Counted from the stretch's first letter, positions 1 to 9,105 are shown. The stretch is DNA of 33,238 nt from Candidatus Bathyarchaeum sp. (GCA_026014495.1 JAOZIF010000021.1:1-33238); one strand, 5' to 3'. The notes: a model not told the origin generated them from the letters alone. Numbers and translations are program-made.

Positions 1-2
1 TG

Positions 3-548
3 AGCACAGTAGTAACAACGCTGATCATACTTGTAATTTCAGTCCTGCTCGCCGGAGTAGTATCCTACTTCGCTATCAACGTCACCAGCACACGAGTTCA
101 AGAAGAATCAGTACACATAACAAAGCATCACGTATGGCACAACGGTGCCAACAGGGCTCTTGCCAGCTTAATGATAATCAACACGGGTGGAAGGGACTTA
201 GTCATCGACAAGATAAGCGTTCGAGGTCAAGAATGTGACTGGAACTCTTCATCGACAGACAAATTCGTTAACTACGTTAGAACAACAGACACAATATCAG
301 CAGACCTAGATTATGTAGAAAGTTTCTCACGAGATGGCACAAACACTACAGTCGGAATAGACGGTGTCAATTACAACTTTACAGTCGCTACAGACGACCT
401 GATTCTCAAATCGGGTTACACAATGCTAATCTACATCGAAAACCCAGACAGCATTTCAATCAACGACATCGGTCTAACCGTAAGCATCGAAATATTCACC
501 GCACAGGCAATGTATTACAGAGAATCAAACGTTCAAGCAATAACCTAA
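3..548 (+). CDS. Archaeal type IV pilin/archaellin-like major subunit, copy 1 (5'-truncated by the window edge)
   Basis: Frame +3 is open from base 3 (STVVTTLIILVISVLLAGVVSYFAINVTSTRVQEES...) into the tracked ORF 171..548. It has a hydrophobic pilin N-terminal helix and is a clear paralogue of 681..1232. Confidence 0.85.
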   Translation, partial: STVVTTLIILVISVLLAGVVSYFAINVTSTRVQEESVHITKHHVWHNGANRALASLMIINTGGRDLVIDKISVRGQECDWNSSSTDKFVNYVRTTDTISADLDYVESFSRDGTNTTVGIDGVNYNFTVATDDLILKSGYTMLIYIENPDSISINDIGLTVSIEIFTAQAMYYRESNVQAIT

Positions 549-550
549 AA

Positions 551-592
551 CTTCCCCTTTCTTTTTTTGGGGGAACCCCTTTTTGTCCCCCC
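551..592 (+). terminator. Pyrimidine/T-tract terminator-like region after pilin 1, with G/C tracts able to pair
   Basis: CTTCCCCTTTCTTTTTTT directly follows the stop codon. TTCCCC (552-557) and GGGGAA (570-575) form an inverted repeat. Confidence 0.5.
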
Positions 593-680
593 TATTTCAT
601 GTTAGTTTAGCATGTGTACTTTTTTGTACGCACAAATTATCATATCATTTTTTGGCGTAGCTCGTTTTTGGAGATAAAAA

Positions 681-1232
681 ATGAGGGACTTACGAAGAAA
701 TCGTTTGGCTTTAAGCACAGTAGTAACAACGCTGATCATACTGGTAGTTTCAGTTCTGCTCGCAGGTGTAGTATCATACTTCGCAATCAACGTCACCAGT
801 ACACGTGTCCAAGAAGAATCCGTGCACATAACAAAACAGCACGTATGGCACGACGGCGACGAAACATCACAGGCAGCATTCTTGATGATCAACACTGGCG
901 GTAGAGACCTAGTCATCGACAAGATAAGCGTCCGAGGACAAGAATCAGCTTGGGGCAACGTCTATTACAACGTAACTGACGAGTCAATATCTGGCGACTT
1001 AGAATACAACGCAACCATGAGCGATCTGGGAGAAATCACAATCGACCAAACTGCGTTTGTTTTTTATAACGCTACTAATGACATCACGGTACAATCAGGA
1101 TACAGCATCATAGTATACATAACCAGCCCAGACAGCATCTCAGTGAATGACATCGGCTTAACCGTCGGTATGACCATTCACACATCGCAAGCAATGTACT
1201 ACAAAGAGTGCAACGTTCAAGCCACAGGATAA
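681..1232 (+). CDS. Archaeal type IV pilin/archaellin-like major subunit, copy 2
   Basis: Short basic leader MRDLRRNRLA, then LSTVVTTLIILVVSVLLAGVV (class III signal peptide-like, archaeal pilin N-terminal pattern), followed by a beta-rich globular domain. GGAG lies upstream. Confidence 0.88.
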   Translation: MRDLRRNRLALSTVVTTLIILVVSVLLAGVVSYFAINVTSTRVQEESVHITKQHVWHDGDETSQAAFLMINTGGRDLVIDKISVRGQESAWGNVYYNVTDESISGDLEYNATMSDLGEITIDQTAFVFYNATNDITVQSGYSIIVYITSPDSISVNDIGLTVGMTIHTSQAMYYKECNVQATG

Positions 1233-1242
1233 AAATGTCCTA

Positions 1243-1278
1243 ATTGGATGGCAACATCCAATCTCTCTTTCTTTTTTT
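1243..1278 (+). terminator. Hairpin plus U-tract terminator after pilin 2
   Basis: Perfect 8-bp stem ATTGGATG/CATCCAAT with a GCAA loop (1243-1262), followed by CTCTCTTTCTTTTTTT. Confidence 0.7.
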
Positions 1279-1438
1279 GATTTTCAATATGTAGTGACGA
1301 TATACGTACAAACCATCTTATCGTTTCATGCAAAGAGATTGCTCTTTCACATAACACGATAACACAAGGAGAAAAACCAAGAGAATGACCACCAGCAAAC
1401 CAAAACCATCTCACATAAGAAAAGAAGGGTTGGAAAAA

Positions 1439-2275
1439 ATGATAAAAAAACGCCTTAACCAAAGAGCCACAAAATTTCACGCATCAAAAAAGGCTTTAGC
1501 AATTCCAATGACCTTTCTTATGTTGTTTGCTTCACTGTTCGCTGTAACCTCAGTTACATACTACTTCGCAGTTTCCAAAGTAAACTCTAACAGCCAAGTG
1601 CTCAACATTTCATCCGCAAAACAGAACATGAACCTGCTAGAACAGACAATACAGTATGTTCTTTGGCAACCAGGGTCATCCAAAACTTGCGAATTCAACG
1701 ACTGCGCTGGAACCCTGAAAACTGAGCCTTCCGAGAACCTGTTAAGCATAAACATTACAGACGGCACCTTCTCTGAATGTATCTTCAATTCTTCGATTGG
1801 CGAAGTCATCTACGAGCTGCCCTACTCCAGTTCAGCCGAGACTGGACTTTATTTGCAGGGCACAAGCCAAGTTGTCGAAAACAAAAGCGGCGCTGTAATG
1901 ACGCAACTTTACATCGAACAAGGAGAAGAGCACCCTGAAATTGTGCTTCGTTACCGCCCAATTGTTTCTGCAATCGCTGGAGGAACTCAAGACGGCAAGC
2001 CCATCAACAACGTGCGCATATACGTTGTGAACCTGAATTCCTCCCAGAACATCGAACTAATGGGGAATCTTCCGCTAAAAATTTGCTGCATTAACACAGC
2101 AGCTAGCGTTAACAGCTACAATCTATCTTATTCACCAGAATCATTGACTGTGCACGTTGCTTTGAGCTCGCAAGATGCTCAAGTTTGTGTTCCAATCTCA
2201 AGCAACGTGAACGGCACAATAATCAACGTAGAGTTGGTTGTATGCAACACGGCAATCGAACGGGGGCTACGATAA
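1439..2275 (+). CDS. Minor pilin/pseudopilin-like protein
   Basis: Basic leader ending SKKA, then hydrophobic LAIPMTFLMLFASLFAV. It lies in the pilus operon. The start at ATG 1439 is preferred over 1385 but is uncertain. Confidence 0.65.
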   Translation: MIKKRLNQRATKFHASKKALAIPMTFLMLFASLFAVTSVTYYFAVSKVNSNSQVLNISSAKQNMNLLEQTIQYVLWQPGSSKTCEFNDCAGTLKTEPSENLLSINITDGTFSECIFNSSIGEVIYELPYSSSAETGLYLQGTSQVVENKSGAVMTQLYIEQGEEHPEIVLRYRPIVSAIAGGTQDGKPINNVRIYVVNLNSSQNIELMGNLPLKICCINTAASVNSYNLSYSPESLTVHVALSSQDAQVCVPISSNVNGTIINVELVVCNTAIERGLR

Positions 2276-2278
2276 ACC

Positions 2279-2731
2279 ATGCCCTCCATAATCCCTAGCT
2301 ACGTTTACACCTTTTTTGCCATAAGCATAATTGGTACATTGTTGATTTGTGCATTCAGTGCTTTTGCTGTCTCAATGAAACAGGACATTGAAGTAGAGCA
2401 ACTAAAAAACCTGCTAGAACATGTGGCTGCAGAAAGCTGCGAGCTTATCTCGACAACCGCCACAAACAACTCAACGGTATCTCTGAAAATATCTATGCCT
2501 GCTAGTCTCAACCAAAAACAGTACTGGATACAACTTAGAAACGACTCTTCAACTGCTTGGATTGAAGGCGGCTTAGGAAACACTCCCGATCAAAGCAGCC
2601 TCACCGTGTTTGTGCCTGGAATAGTCTATGCTTCTGGAGTATACACTAGCGGTTACGGTTTTGCGGAACTTGAATGTCAACTCCAAGGAACCACAGTTTG
2701 TTTGAATTTATCACAGGAGTCAGGAACATGA
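2279..2731 (+). CDS. Pilus-associated protein with N-terminal TM helix (leaderless pseudopilin-like)
   Basis: 150 aa with an N-terminal hydrophobic helix. Its stop overlaps the ATPase start (ATGA). Confidence 0.6.
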   Translation: MPSIIPSYVYTFFAISIIGTLLICAFSAFAVSMKQDIEVEQLKNLLEHVAAESCELISTTATNNSTVSLKISMPASLNQKQYWIQLRNDSSTAWIEGGLGNTPDQSSLTVFVPGIVYASGVYTSGYGFAELECQLQGTTVCLNLSQESGT

Positions 2732-4326
2732 AAATTGGTAAAAAGAAGAACAAAAATGCCGAAGTTACTGAAAAAATTTCGCCCGAAGATTTGTTAGGCG
2801 ACTTAAGTCTTCTGCGTGGAGGAACTCCTGAAGGCTACACTGAACTGGAGACCTACCCGTTGAATCCTCCTTTCGCGTACGCTTCTATTGTTCAAAGCAA
2901 CGAAAATGCAGAGTATCTCTATATTGTTGATGAATTGTTGTTGTCGCCCGAGGAACGAGACGCTTTCAAGCGGCTAAAAAACATTCTAGGTTACGAGTTA
3001 AAGGCTCCTGACCCAGAAGAAACTCTGGTTGAATCATTCAACAGGCAGATTCCTGACATACTTGAGAAACATCAAAAAGCCATTGGTGACCTAGGCGAGA
3101 TTGGATTTCGCAAGATTAGTTATTATCTTGAGCGCGACATGGTCGGGTATGGCAAAATTGACCCTTTCATGTATGATCCTAATGTTGAAGACATCAGCTG
3201 CACTGGAGTTAACAAGCCGATTTATTTGTGGCACAGAAAGTTTGAGAACATAAAAACCAATGTTATCTACCCTGAAGCTGAAGAGCTCGACGACTTTGTC
3301 ATGAAGATAGTTCACCGCGCAGGTAAACACGTCAGCATAGCTTATCCGATTGTTGACTTAACTTTGCCGAAAAAACATCGTTTGGCTGTCACTTTTGGCA
3401 GAGAAGCTACTCCTGCTGGAACCAGTTTCACTATACGAAAGTTCCGGGAAGACCCGCTCACAATAATTGATTTAATAGAAAACGAAACCATCGACGAAAC
3501 AATAGCTGCTTACCTTTGGCTCCTAATGGACCATAAAATGTCGGTTATGATTGCTGGAGCCACAGGAGCAGGAAAAACAACTGCCCTAAACGCGATTGCA
3601 TGTCTAACAAACCCTGAATACAAGATGATATCTATCGAAGAAGTTGCGGAAATCAACTTAACTCACGAAAACTGGACCTCAACAATTGCGCGACCCGGAT
3701 TTGGAACAGAGCGGCAAGGCGAAATCACGTTATATGATTTGATTAAATCCTCTGTTAGGCACCGTCCAGACATGATTCTCGTAGGCGAAATCAGAGGTGA
3801 CGAGGCATACGTGCTGTTTCAATCTCTGGCAACAGGGCACGGGGGTCTTTGTACAACACATGCTGAAGACGTCGAAACAACACTCAAACGTCTAACCCAG
3901 CCGCCAATGAACATACCCCCTTCGATACTGCCGCTAATGAACTGCATGATAATCGCCAAACGCGTAAAAGCCCCCACATTTCTAGACAACTCGAAACGCA
4001 GGTTTGCAAACAGAAAGTTCGCGCGAATTGCAGAAATAAAAGACGCTGACACTCTTCATGATGTTTTTCGGTGGAACCCTTCGATGGATACCTTTCAAGA
4101 TGAGCTTGAAGGAAGTTATCTTTTGTCGCGGATTGCTAAAGAAATTGATGTTTCTATTGAAGTGTTGTATGAGGAACTGGAAAAAAGAAAACAGATATTG
4201 CTGGCAATGGTTGAGCGAGGCATACGTGACTTTCGAAGTGTAAGCGTTGTTTTGAGTCGTTATCACAAGAATCCACGTTTGGTTGCAGAGGAATTTCTTG
4301 AACAAGACGCAGGATGGGTAGTTTAA
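2728..4326 (+). CDS. Type II/IV secretion system ATPase (VirB11/TadA/ArlI-like pilus assembly ATPase)
   Basis: Walker A GATGAGKTT, Asp-box-like SIEEVAE, Walker B ILVGEIRG, His box TTHA. Start ATG 2728 has GGAG at 2716 and an ATGA overlap. Confidence 0.95.
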   Translation: MKIGKKKNKNAEVTEKISPEDLLGDLSLLRGGTPEGYTELETYPLNPPFAYASIVQSNENAEYLYIVDELLLSPEERDAFKRLKNILGYELKAPDPEETLVESFNRQIPDILEKHQKAIGDLGEIGFRKISYYLERDMVGYGKIDPFMYDPNVEDISCTGVNKPIYLWHRKFENIKTNVIYPEAEELDDFVMKIVHRAGKHVSIAYPIVDLTLPKKHRLAVTFGREATPAGTSFTIRKFREDPLTIIDLIENETIDETIAAYLWLLMDHKMSVMIAGATGAGKTTALNAIACLTNPEYKMISIEEVAEINLTHENWTSTIARPGFGTERQGEITLYDLIKSSVRHRPDMILVGEIRGDEAYVLFQSLATGHGGLCTTHAEDVETTLKRLTQPPMNIPPSILPLMNCMIIAKRVKAPTFLDNSKRRFANRKFARIAEIKDADTLHDVFRWNPSMDTFQDELEGSYLLSRIAKEIDVSIEVLYEELEKRKQILLAMVERGIRDFRSVSVVLSRYHKNPRLVAEEFLEQDAGWVV

Positions 4327-4327
4327 A

Positions 4328-5824
4328 ATGCAGCAATCACAGGGTTTTTTCCGTAATTTCATTAATAAAATAGCTAAGGAGACTAGCGAAAAGAAGGAAG
4401 AGATAGACCGTGAACTGCCTTTTGTGGTCATGCTTTTTGCTTTGATGGCTACTAGCGGCGTTTCTTTGTATGATAGTTGGAAACGGCTGCGGAAGATGAA
4501 TCTTTTGCCGCGGTTTCAACAAGAAGCTGAAGAGGTTATCCGGCAAGTTGAGGTTTTGGGAAAAGACCCCTTGAGTGCCATGTATGATATAACTGAGCAA
4601 ACGGGTTCAAAGGCGTACCGCGATTTTCTGGGCGGATTCATTTCATCCATAAAAAGTGGAGGTAAAATAAGCGATTACATGCAAAGCAAGCTGCGAGTAA
4701 TCTTTGAGTTAAGAAATAAGGAAATGACGCGCTCAACCGAAAAAATTGCTACCGTAGTTGAAAGCTACTCAGTTATGCTGATACTAATCCTTTGCATTTA
4801 CATCTTGTACTCTTTGCTTTCTTCATCTTCATCAATAGAAGACGTAACAGGAGTATACCTTGAGTCATCGCCTTTTCTCACGTTTATTCTTTCATTTCTT
4901 GTAGTGCCCATGATTTCCTTCATATTCCTGCTTGTTGCTAACAACATGCACAAAAGCACAATGCTCAACCTACAAACAATATACAAAAAAACGCTGATTT
5001 GCTTGGCTGTCGTTTGTGCACTACTGGTGGCTTTTGTTTTTGTTCCAGCATTATCTGAGTTAGCAAACTCTGTTGGTTTTTCTCTTGTACTGACCATCTG
5101 TCTCACAGTGGGAGTTTTGCCTGGTGCTATACAGTACTACATGGTTTCAAGGGTAAACTACAATGCTGAATCTTCTTTACCAAGTTTTCTTAGGGACATT
5201 ACAGAATCCCAAAAAACTGGGATTTCGCCTGAAAAGAGTATAATTCACGCAACAAAACGTAGAGATTATGGGCATTTCTCCCAGTTTTTAGTTTTGATTC
5301 GCAGCCAAATCGAGTGGGGGGTTTCGTTAAAAGAGATTTTTGGAAACCTTAAGCAAAAAATAAGCAGTTGGCCTGTTCTTGTAAATTTCATGATGATGGT
5401 TGAAACCATCGAAGTTGGCGGAGGCTCGGTGCGTTCGTTAGAGTTGCTTTCTGAGTACAGTGAAAAAGAGCTTGAATCTCAAATTAACAAGCGAGCGCTG
5501 CTTAAACCATATGTTATATTGGCTTTTGTTTGGAGCGTACTCATAGCATTAACAACGTCTATCGTAACCGTGACAATGTATATCTTAAATGACTTTGCAA
5601 GCTCAAATGGGTACCAAATCGTGTCTGCGGCAATGTCAGAAGAAACTGGAATTTTGTCTATGGGAATAATTTTCCAATGCTGGATTTCAGGGTTATTTAT
5701 GGGAAAAATCAGTGAAGGAAACTTAGCTGCAGGCCTAAAATATTCGGCTATTTTGGCTGTAACCGCTTATGTGTCGCTTATTCTTTCTCAAGACCTCTTA
5801 TCTGGACTCTTTGGAGTGATTTAA
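4328..5824 (+). CDS. Type II secretion system F / TadC / ArlJ-like membrane platform protein
   Basis: Two repeats of the T2SS-F pattern (EIDRELPFVVMLFALMATSGVSL; AESSLPSFLRDITESQKTGISP) with multiple TM helices, 1 nt downstream of the ATPase. Confidence 0.9.
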   Translation: MQQSQGFFRNFINKIAKETSEKKEEIDRELPFVVMLFALMATSGVSLYDSWKRLRKMNLLPRFQQEAEEVIRQVEVLGKDPLSAMYDITEQTGSKAYRDFLGGFISSIKSGGKISDYMQSKLRVIFELRNKEMTRSTEKIATVVESYSVMLILILCIYILYSLLSSSSSIEDVTGVYLESSPFLTFILSFLVVPMISFIFLLVANNMHKSTMLNLQTIYKKTLICLAVVCALLVAFVFVPALSELANSVGFSLVLTICLTVGVLPGAIQYYMVSRVNYNAESSLPSFLRDITESQKTGISPEKSIIHATKRRDYGHFSQFLVLIRSQIEWGVSLKEIFGNLKQKISSWPVLVNFMMMVETIEVGGGSVRSLELLSEYSEKELESQINKRALLKPYVILAFVWSVLIALTTSIVTVTMYILNDFASSNGYQIVSAAMSEETGILSMGIIFQCWISGLFMGKISEGNLAAGLKYSAILAVTAYVSLILSQDLLSGLFGVI

Positions 5825-5850
5825 TCTAGAATTGACGAGGTGAACTAGTG

Positions 5851-6894
5851 ATGCCAGCGACTTCAATTGACACTTTCTTCGCTTGTATCCTGATTGTCCT
5901 TGTGGTGGTTCTGTCTATGGCTGCGACCACTCGGATAGTTGCGCCTTACATAAGTGGTTTGCAGGATGTAAACGAGGAGGAATACTTGCGCAAGATAGTT
6001 GAGTACATCTTAGTGAATTCTGGGAGCCCTGAGGGTTGGGGTCAAAACCAGAGCGTAACTCCAGAGGTTTTTGGTTTAGCTACTGCAGACTCATTTAGTT
6101 ACGAGCTTGACGTAGACAAGGTATCTAGGCTTAACAGCCAAAACGTGTATGCTCTAAATTATTTTGAGATGTTTGACTCTGTGAGATTAGACACAGTTGC
6201 TCTCAGGTTCTCTTTTTCGCAAATAATGGATGTCTCAATAAGTTTAGACTCAAATGTAACTGTGGCAGGTTCAACTACATACTCGTTTAACGTTTCTGTT
6301 AGCCGAGAACAAGCGCCAGTAGCATCTAGTTTACAGTGCTATCTTGTTGCAAACAACTTTCTTGGCAACGCCACTTCCAGTACCTCAAGTAGCGGACAAG
6401 GAACTGTTGAAATGGTTGTTCCCAACGACTCCAACGGAACCGCATTACTAATCGTTTTTGCGCGCTCACCTTACGACGCAAGATTAACTGCCCGAGGAGT
6501 ATACGTTTTTGGTCACCTGTCTTCGGAGCCTTTATCAACCAACACTTTTCTAGACTTGAGTCCTCTGAACAACACTTTGCAAGTGGACCCAAATGTTTCT
6601 GGTTTGTCTTTGGAGTCAGCATACGAGTTTTCATACGACTACCATTCGGCTTTAATTTCAACGTCAAACGAGACATACTCTGTTACAGACTTTTTGGATT
6701 TGAGTCCAAACGTTTTGGTTGTAACAGGTTGGAATGATTCAGATTTTTTTGTAGAATGGACTACGTATCCGCAGGTTCCCTTGGAGATGGGTGCCAACTT
6801 TGAAGATGCAGATTGTTTCTCTTTCAACTATGTGGTGACCATAGGTGGGGTGTTCTATCGGTTTAACGTGCAGTGTGGAGGTCCAAGTCTGTGA
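5851..6894 (+). CDS. Pilus-associated protein, N-terminal TM helix plus Ser/Thr-rich beta domain
   Basis: RBS GAGGTGA (5837-5843) lies 7 nt before ATG 5851. Hydrophobic N-terminus; operon position. Confidence 0.65.
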   Translation: MPATSIDTFFACILIVLVVVLSMAATTRIVAPYISGLQDVNEEEYLRKIVEYILVNSGSPEGWGQNQSVTPEVFGLATADSFSYELDVDKVSRLNSQNVYALNYFEMFDSVRLDTVALRFSFSQIMDVSISLDSNVTVAGSTTYSFNVSVSREQAPVASSLQCYLVANNFLGNATSSTSSSGQGTVEMVVPNDSNGTALLIVFARSPYDARLTARGVYVFGHLSSEPLSTNTFLDLSPLNNTLQVDPNVSGLSLESAYEFSYDYHSALISTSNETYSVTDFLDLSPNVLVVTGWNDSDFFVEWTTYPQVPLEMGANFEDADCFSFNYVVTIGGVFYRFNVQCGGPSL

Positions 6895-7316
6895 GATTAA
6901 AAGATGACCAACGTGGACAGATACGCATCATAGAAGCCCTGTTTGCGTCGCTTCTGATACTTTCAACTATAGCGTTAGTTCCATCTCAACTTGGAGCTGA
7001 GCAGACCCATTACAGCACTTTATATTCACAAGGCACACAGGTGCTAATTTCGTTGGACAGCAACGCAATGCTATCCAGCACTATAGAATGCGGCAACTGG
7101 ACATTGCTGAAGAATTGTGTCCAATCTATGTTGCCTGTGAGCTTGTGGTTTAATCTCACTGTATTTGATTCGAGTATGGTTTGTTTGAATGATGTTTTTG
7201 TTTCCAATGGTAGCCCAGTAAACGACGAAATTGTTGCCGTTAACTATGTTTGTGCAAGTTCAAGCGCAGATTATGCGGTCTATATTGTTCAGTTACAGTT
7301 GGCGGAGGTCAGCTAA
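6891..7316 (+). CDS. Minor pilin-like protein (RG/Q class III signal-like)
   Basis: GTG 6891 overlaps the upstream TGA, with RBS GGAGGT at 6877-6882. N-terminus MRLKDDQRG-QIRIIEALFASLLIL. Confidence 0.7.
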   Translation: MRLKDDQRGQIRIIEALFASLLILSTIALVPSQLGAEQTHYSTLYSQGTQVLISLDSNAMLSSTIECGNWTLLKNCVQSMLPVSLWFNLTVFDSSMVCLNDVFVSNGSPVNDEIVAVNYVCASSSADYAVYIVQLQLAEVS

Positions 7317-7321
7317 CCCTT

Positions 7322-8101
7322 ATGAAGAAAACTTTTCGTGGTCGCAGAAACTCGGGGCAAACTCTAGTCATCAGCGCGTTAGTCATTTCTTTGTTGATTA
7401 TTTCTGTGGTCTACAGTGTTTTTGAAGCTGGAAGAGTAAGTGAAACGCGGTCAGCAACCACTTTGAACAGTCATGTTTTGGCTACAAAGTTGGGTTTGAA
7501 AAACACGGTGACAAGTGCTCTTGTTAACGTTTCTGTTGGAGGAGCAAACGAGGTTTTGGCAACAAATCTTGATACATATGTTTCGTTTCTGGCGAACCAG
7601 TCATATTTTGGAAAATGTGTTGCCCTGTTTAGTGTATTGGATTCTGCGTCTTACCAGTCAGGAATACTGTTGTCCTGGGGCTCTGATGGAACTGGAGTTT
7701 CTAGTGCATACGCAAACTACACCCTGTTTTTCACTGACGCAAAATCAGAGCTTCAATTTGAGCATGCGACCAATATAACCACAGGACTTGATGTACAAGG
7801 AACCTACAGCAAATTAGAAGGAACACTTAAGCAGGTAAACGTAACCTGCAATGTCTTCAATGAGCAAGAAGCTGCCTTAGCATCCAGTATCGCCTTGTAT
7901 TACGAGTATAATGGAGAGTTGTCAACACAAGAATGGGTGCCCGTAGTCTCGCCAAGTATCACAGACTACGGAAACGGTACATACGCAATATCTTTCGTTG
8001 CAGAAACACAAACGATAGATGATTCAATGCTAGTTTCAGCGCAGGTCTATGATATGCGCGGCATCTTTGTCTTGGCGAATGTCACCTGCACCGAAACATA
8101 A
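7322..8101 (+). CDS. Minor pilin-like protein (G/Q class III signal-like)
   Basis: ATG 7322 follows GGAGGT (7304-7309). N-terminus MKKTFRGRRNSG-QTLVISALVISLLIISVV. Confidence 0.7.
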   Translation: MKKTFRGRRNSGQTLVISALVISLLIISVVYSVFEAGRVSETRSATTLNSHVLATKLGLKNTVTSALVNVSVGGANEVLATNLDTYVSFLANQSYFGKCVALFSVLDSASYQSGILLSWGSDGTGVSSAYANYTLFFTDAKSELQFEHATNITTGLDVQGTYSKLEGTLKQVNVTCNVFNEQEAALASSIALYYEYNGELSTQEWVPVVSPSITDYGNGTYAISFVAETQTIDDSMLVSAQVYDMRGIFVLANVTCTET

Positions 8102-8127
8102 CTAGCATTTTTTCTAAAAAAACAATG

Positions 8128-9075
8128 TTATGTCTTTTTGCTGACAACCATTTCTTTGAATAACTTGGTGTCTAACGCTTTTTCTGGATTCCACAGGTTT
8201 GCGAAGAGCAGATTTAATGATTTGATGAATGTGTTGTAGTTTGTCCAAAGGAACGAGGTTTTTTCTTTCTTTCTTCGCATGCTTGAGTCTTGTTGGTCGT
8301 TGCCCTTTTTTATTGAGAACAAAAGTTCCTGATGGTCAGAGAGTATGAAACTTGGTAGTTCATCTGATTTTATTGGCACGTATTTGACGTTATTTAGCTC
8401 CATCTTTTCTGTGATAAAGCGGCTTTTTGGTGAACTGTTTGTTATAAGCAGAACCTTTACTTTCTTTTTGGAAAGCTTCTCTAGATTGTCTGTTAGTCCA
8501 GAATGGTAGAGCCGCAGAAGCTCCATGTCTGGAGCTAGTACGCAGATTTCTTTTTTTGTTCTATCAACAATTTCATTGGCTTTAATTATGAGTTGTTCTT
8601 CTCCTTCAAGTATCTGGAAAATTTCTTTAGTTTCTTGTTCTGCTTTGTGCTGAGGAATAGATGCCCAAAGGTCAACTAGCTCCTGCTTTTTTCTTTCCAG
8701 AATTTGCACATTCAACTTTTTGGTTTTCACAAGAATGTCATATGCATCTGAAAAAGGCACTGCCGTGAACTTCAAGGGTTTCTCTAGTATACACGACAAG
8801 AGGGCTCTTTTCTCCAAGTCTCTTAGGATTCTATATGTTTCTGTTCTGTGAAGCGAAAGGGCGTCTGAAATGTCTCTTGCTTTTTGTATTCCTGATCTTG
8901 CTAGGTAAAGGTACACTCTGATTTCGTTTCGTGAGAGGTCAAATTGGAGAAATGTTTTTTCGATGTCTGCAAGAAAATCAAAAGGTTTTCTTTCTTTTTT
9001 CAGAAGCTTCCACACGGGAGCGTTCTCGCCGTATAGTCTTCCTGAGTTTTGGGGTTTTTGTTTTAGCGTTTCCAC
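8128..9075 (-). CDS. TrmB-family transcriptional regulator (wHTH plus C-terminal effector-binding domain)
   Basis: FDLSRNEIRVYLYLARSG...ARDISDALSLHRTETYRILRDLEKRALL...KPLKFTAVP is the typical TrmB N-terminal wHTH. The C-terminal FILSDHQELLF...LWTN segment resembles the TrmB sugar-binding/PLD-like domain. Confidence 0.88.
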   Translation of the reverse strand: METLKQKPQNSGRLYGENAPVWKLLKKERKPFDFLADIEKTFLQFDLSRNEIRVYLYLARSGIQKARDISDALSLHRTETYRILRDLEKRALLSCILEKPLKFTAVPFSDAYDILVKTKKLNVQILERKKQELVDLWASIPQHKAEQETKEIFQILEGEEQLIIKANEIVDRTKKEICVLAPDMELLRLYHSGLTDNLEKLSKKKVKVLLITNSSPKSRFITEKMELNNVKYVPIKSDELPSFILSDHQELLFSIKKGNDQQDSSMRRKKEKTSFLWTNYNTFIKSLNLLFANLWNPEKALDTKLFKEMVVSKKT

Positions 9076-9105
9076 CTAAATCCAACCTGAGTTTAATTCA
9101 TGTCT

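Noticed and set aside
602-958. Antisense and alternate-frame ORFs over the pilin and other genes (e.g. 602..958, 614..904, 1217..1480, 3982..4431, 12255..12716, 15572..16021, 23627..24121, 26927..27418)
   Set aside because: They overlap well-supported genes, show no recognisable motifs, and are best explained as shadow ORFs.
1-1232. Diversity-generating retroelement acting on the pilin pair
   Set aside because: No reverse transcriptase in the window, and the differences between copies are not restricted to adenines.
1435-1450. A-tracts (1435-1450, also 32392-32408) as phase-variation switches
   Set aside because: Runs of 7-8 A are common in this AT-rich, Lys-rich sequence and the frames are intact.
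1-8101. Archaellum (arl/fla) operon
   Set aside because: No ArlH (RecA/KaiC-like), ArlF/G, ArlX or chemotaxis genes in the window, and the minor-pilin-rich layout fits pili better. Not fully excluded because the locus is truncated on the left.
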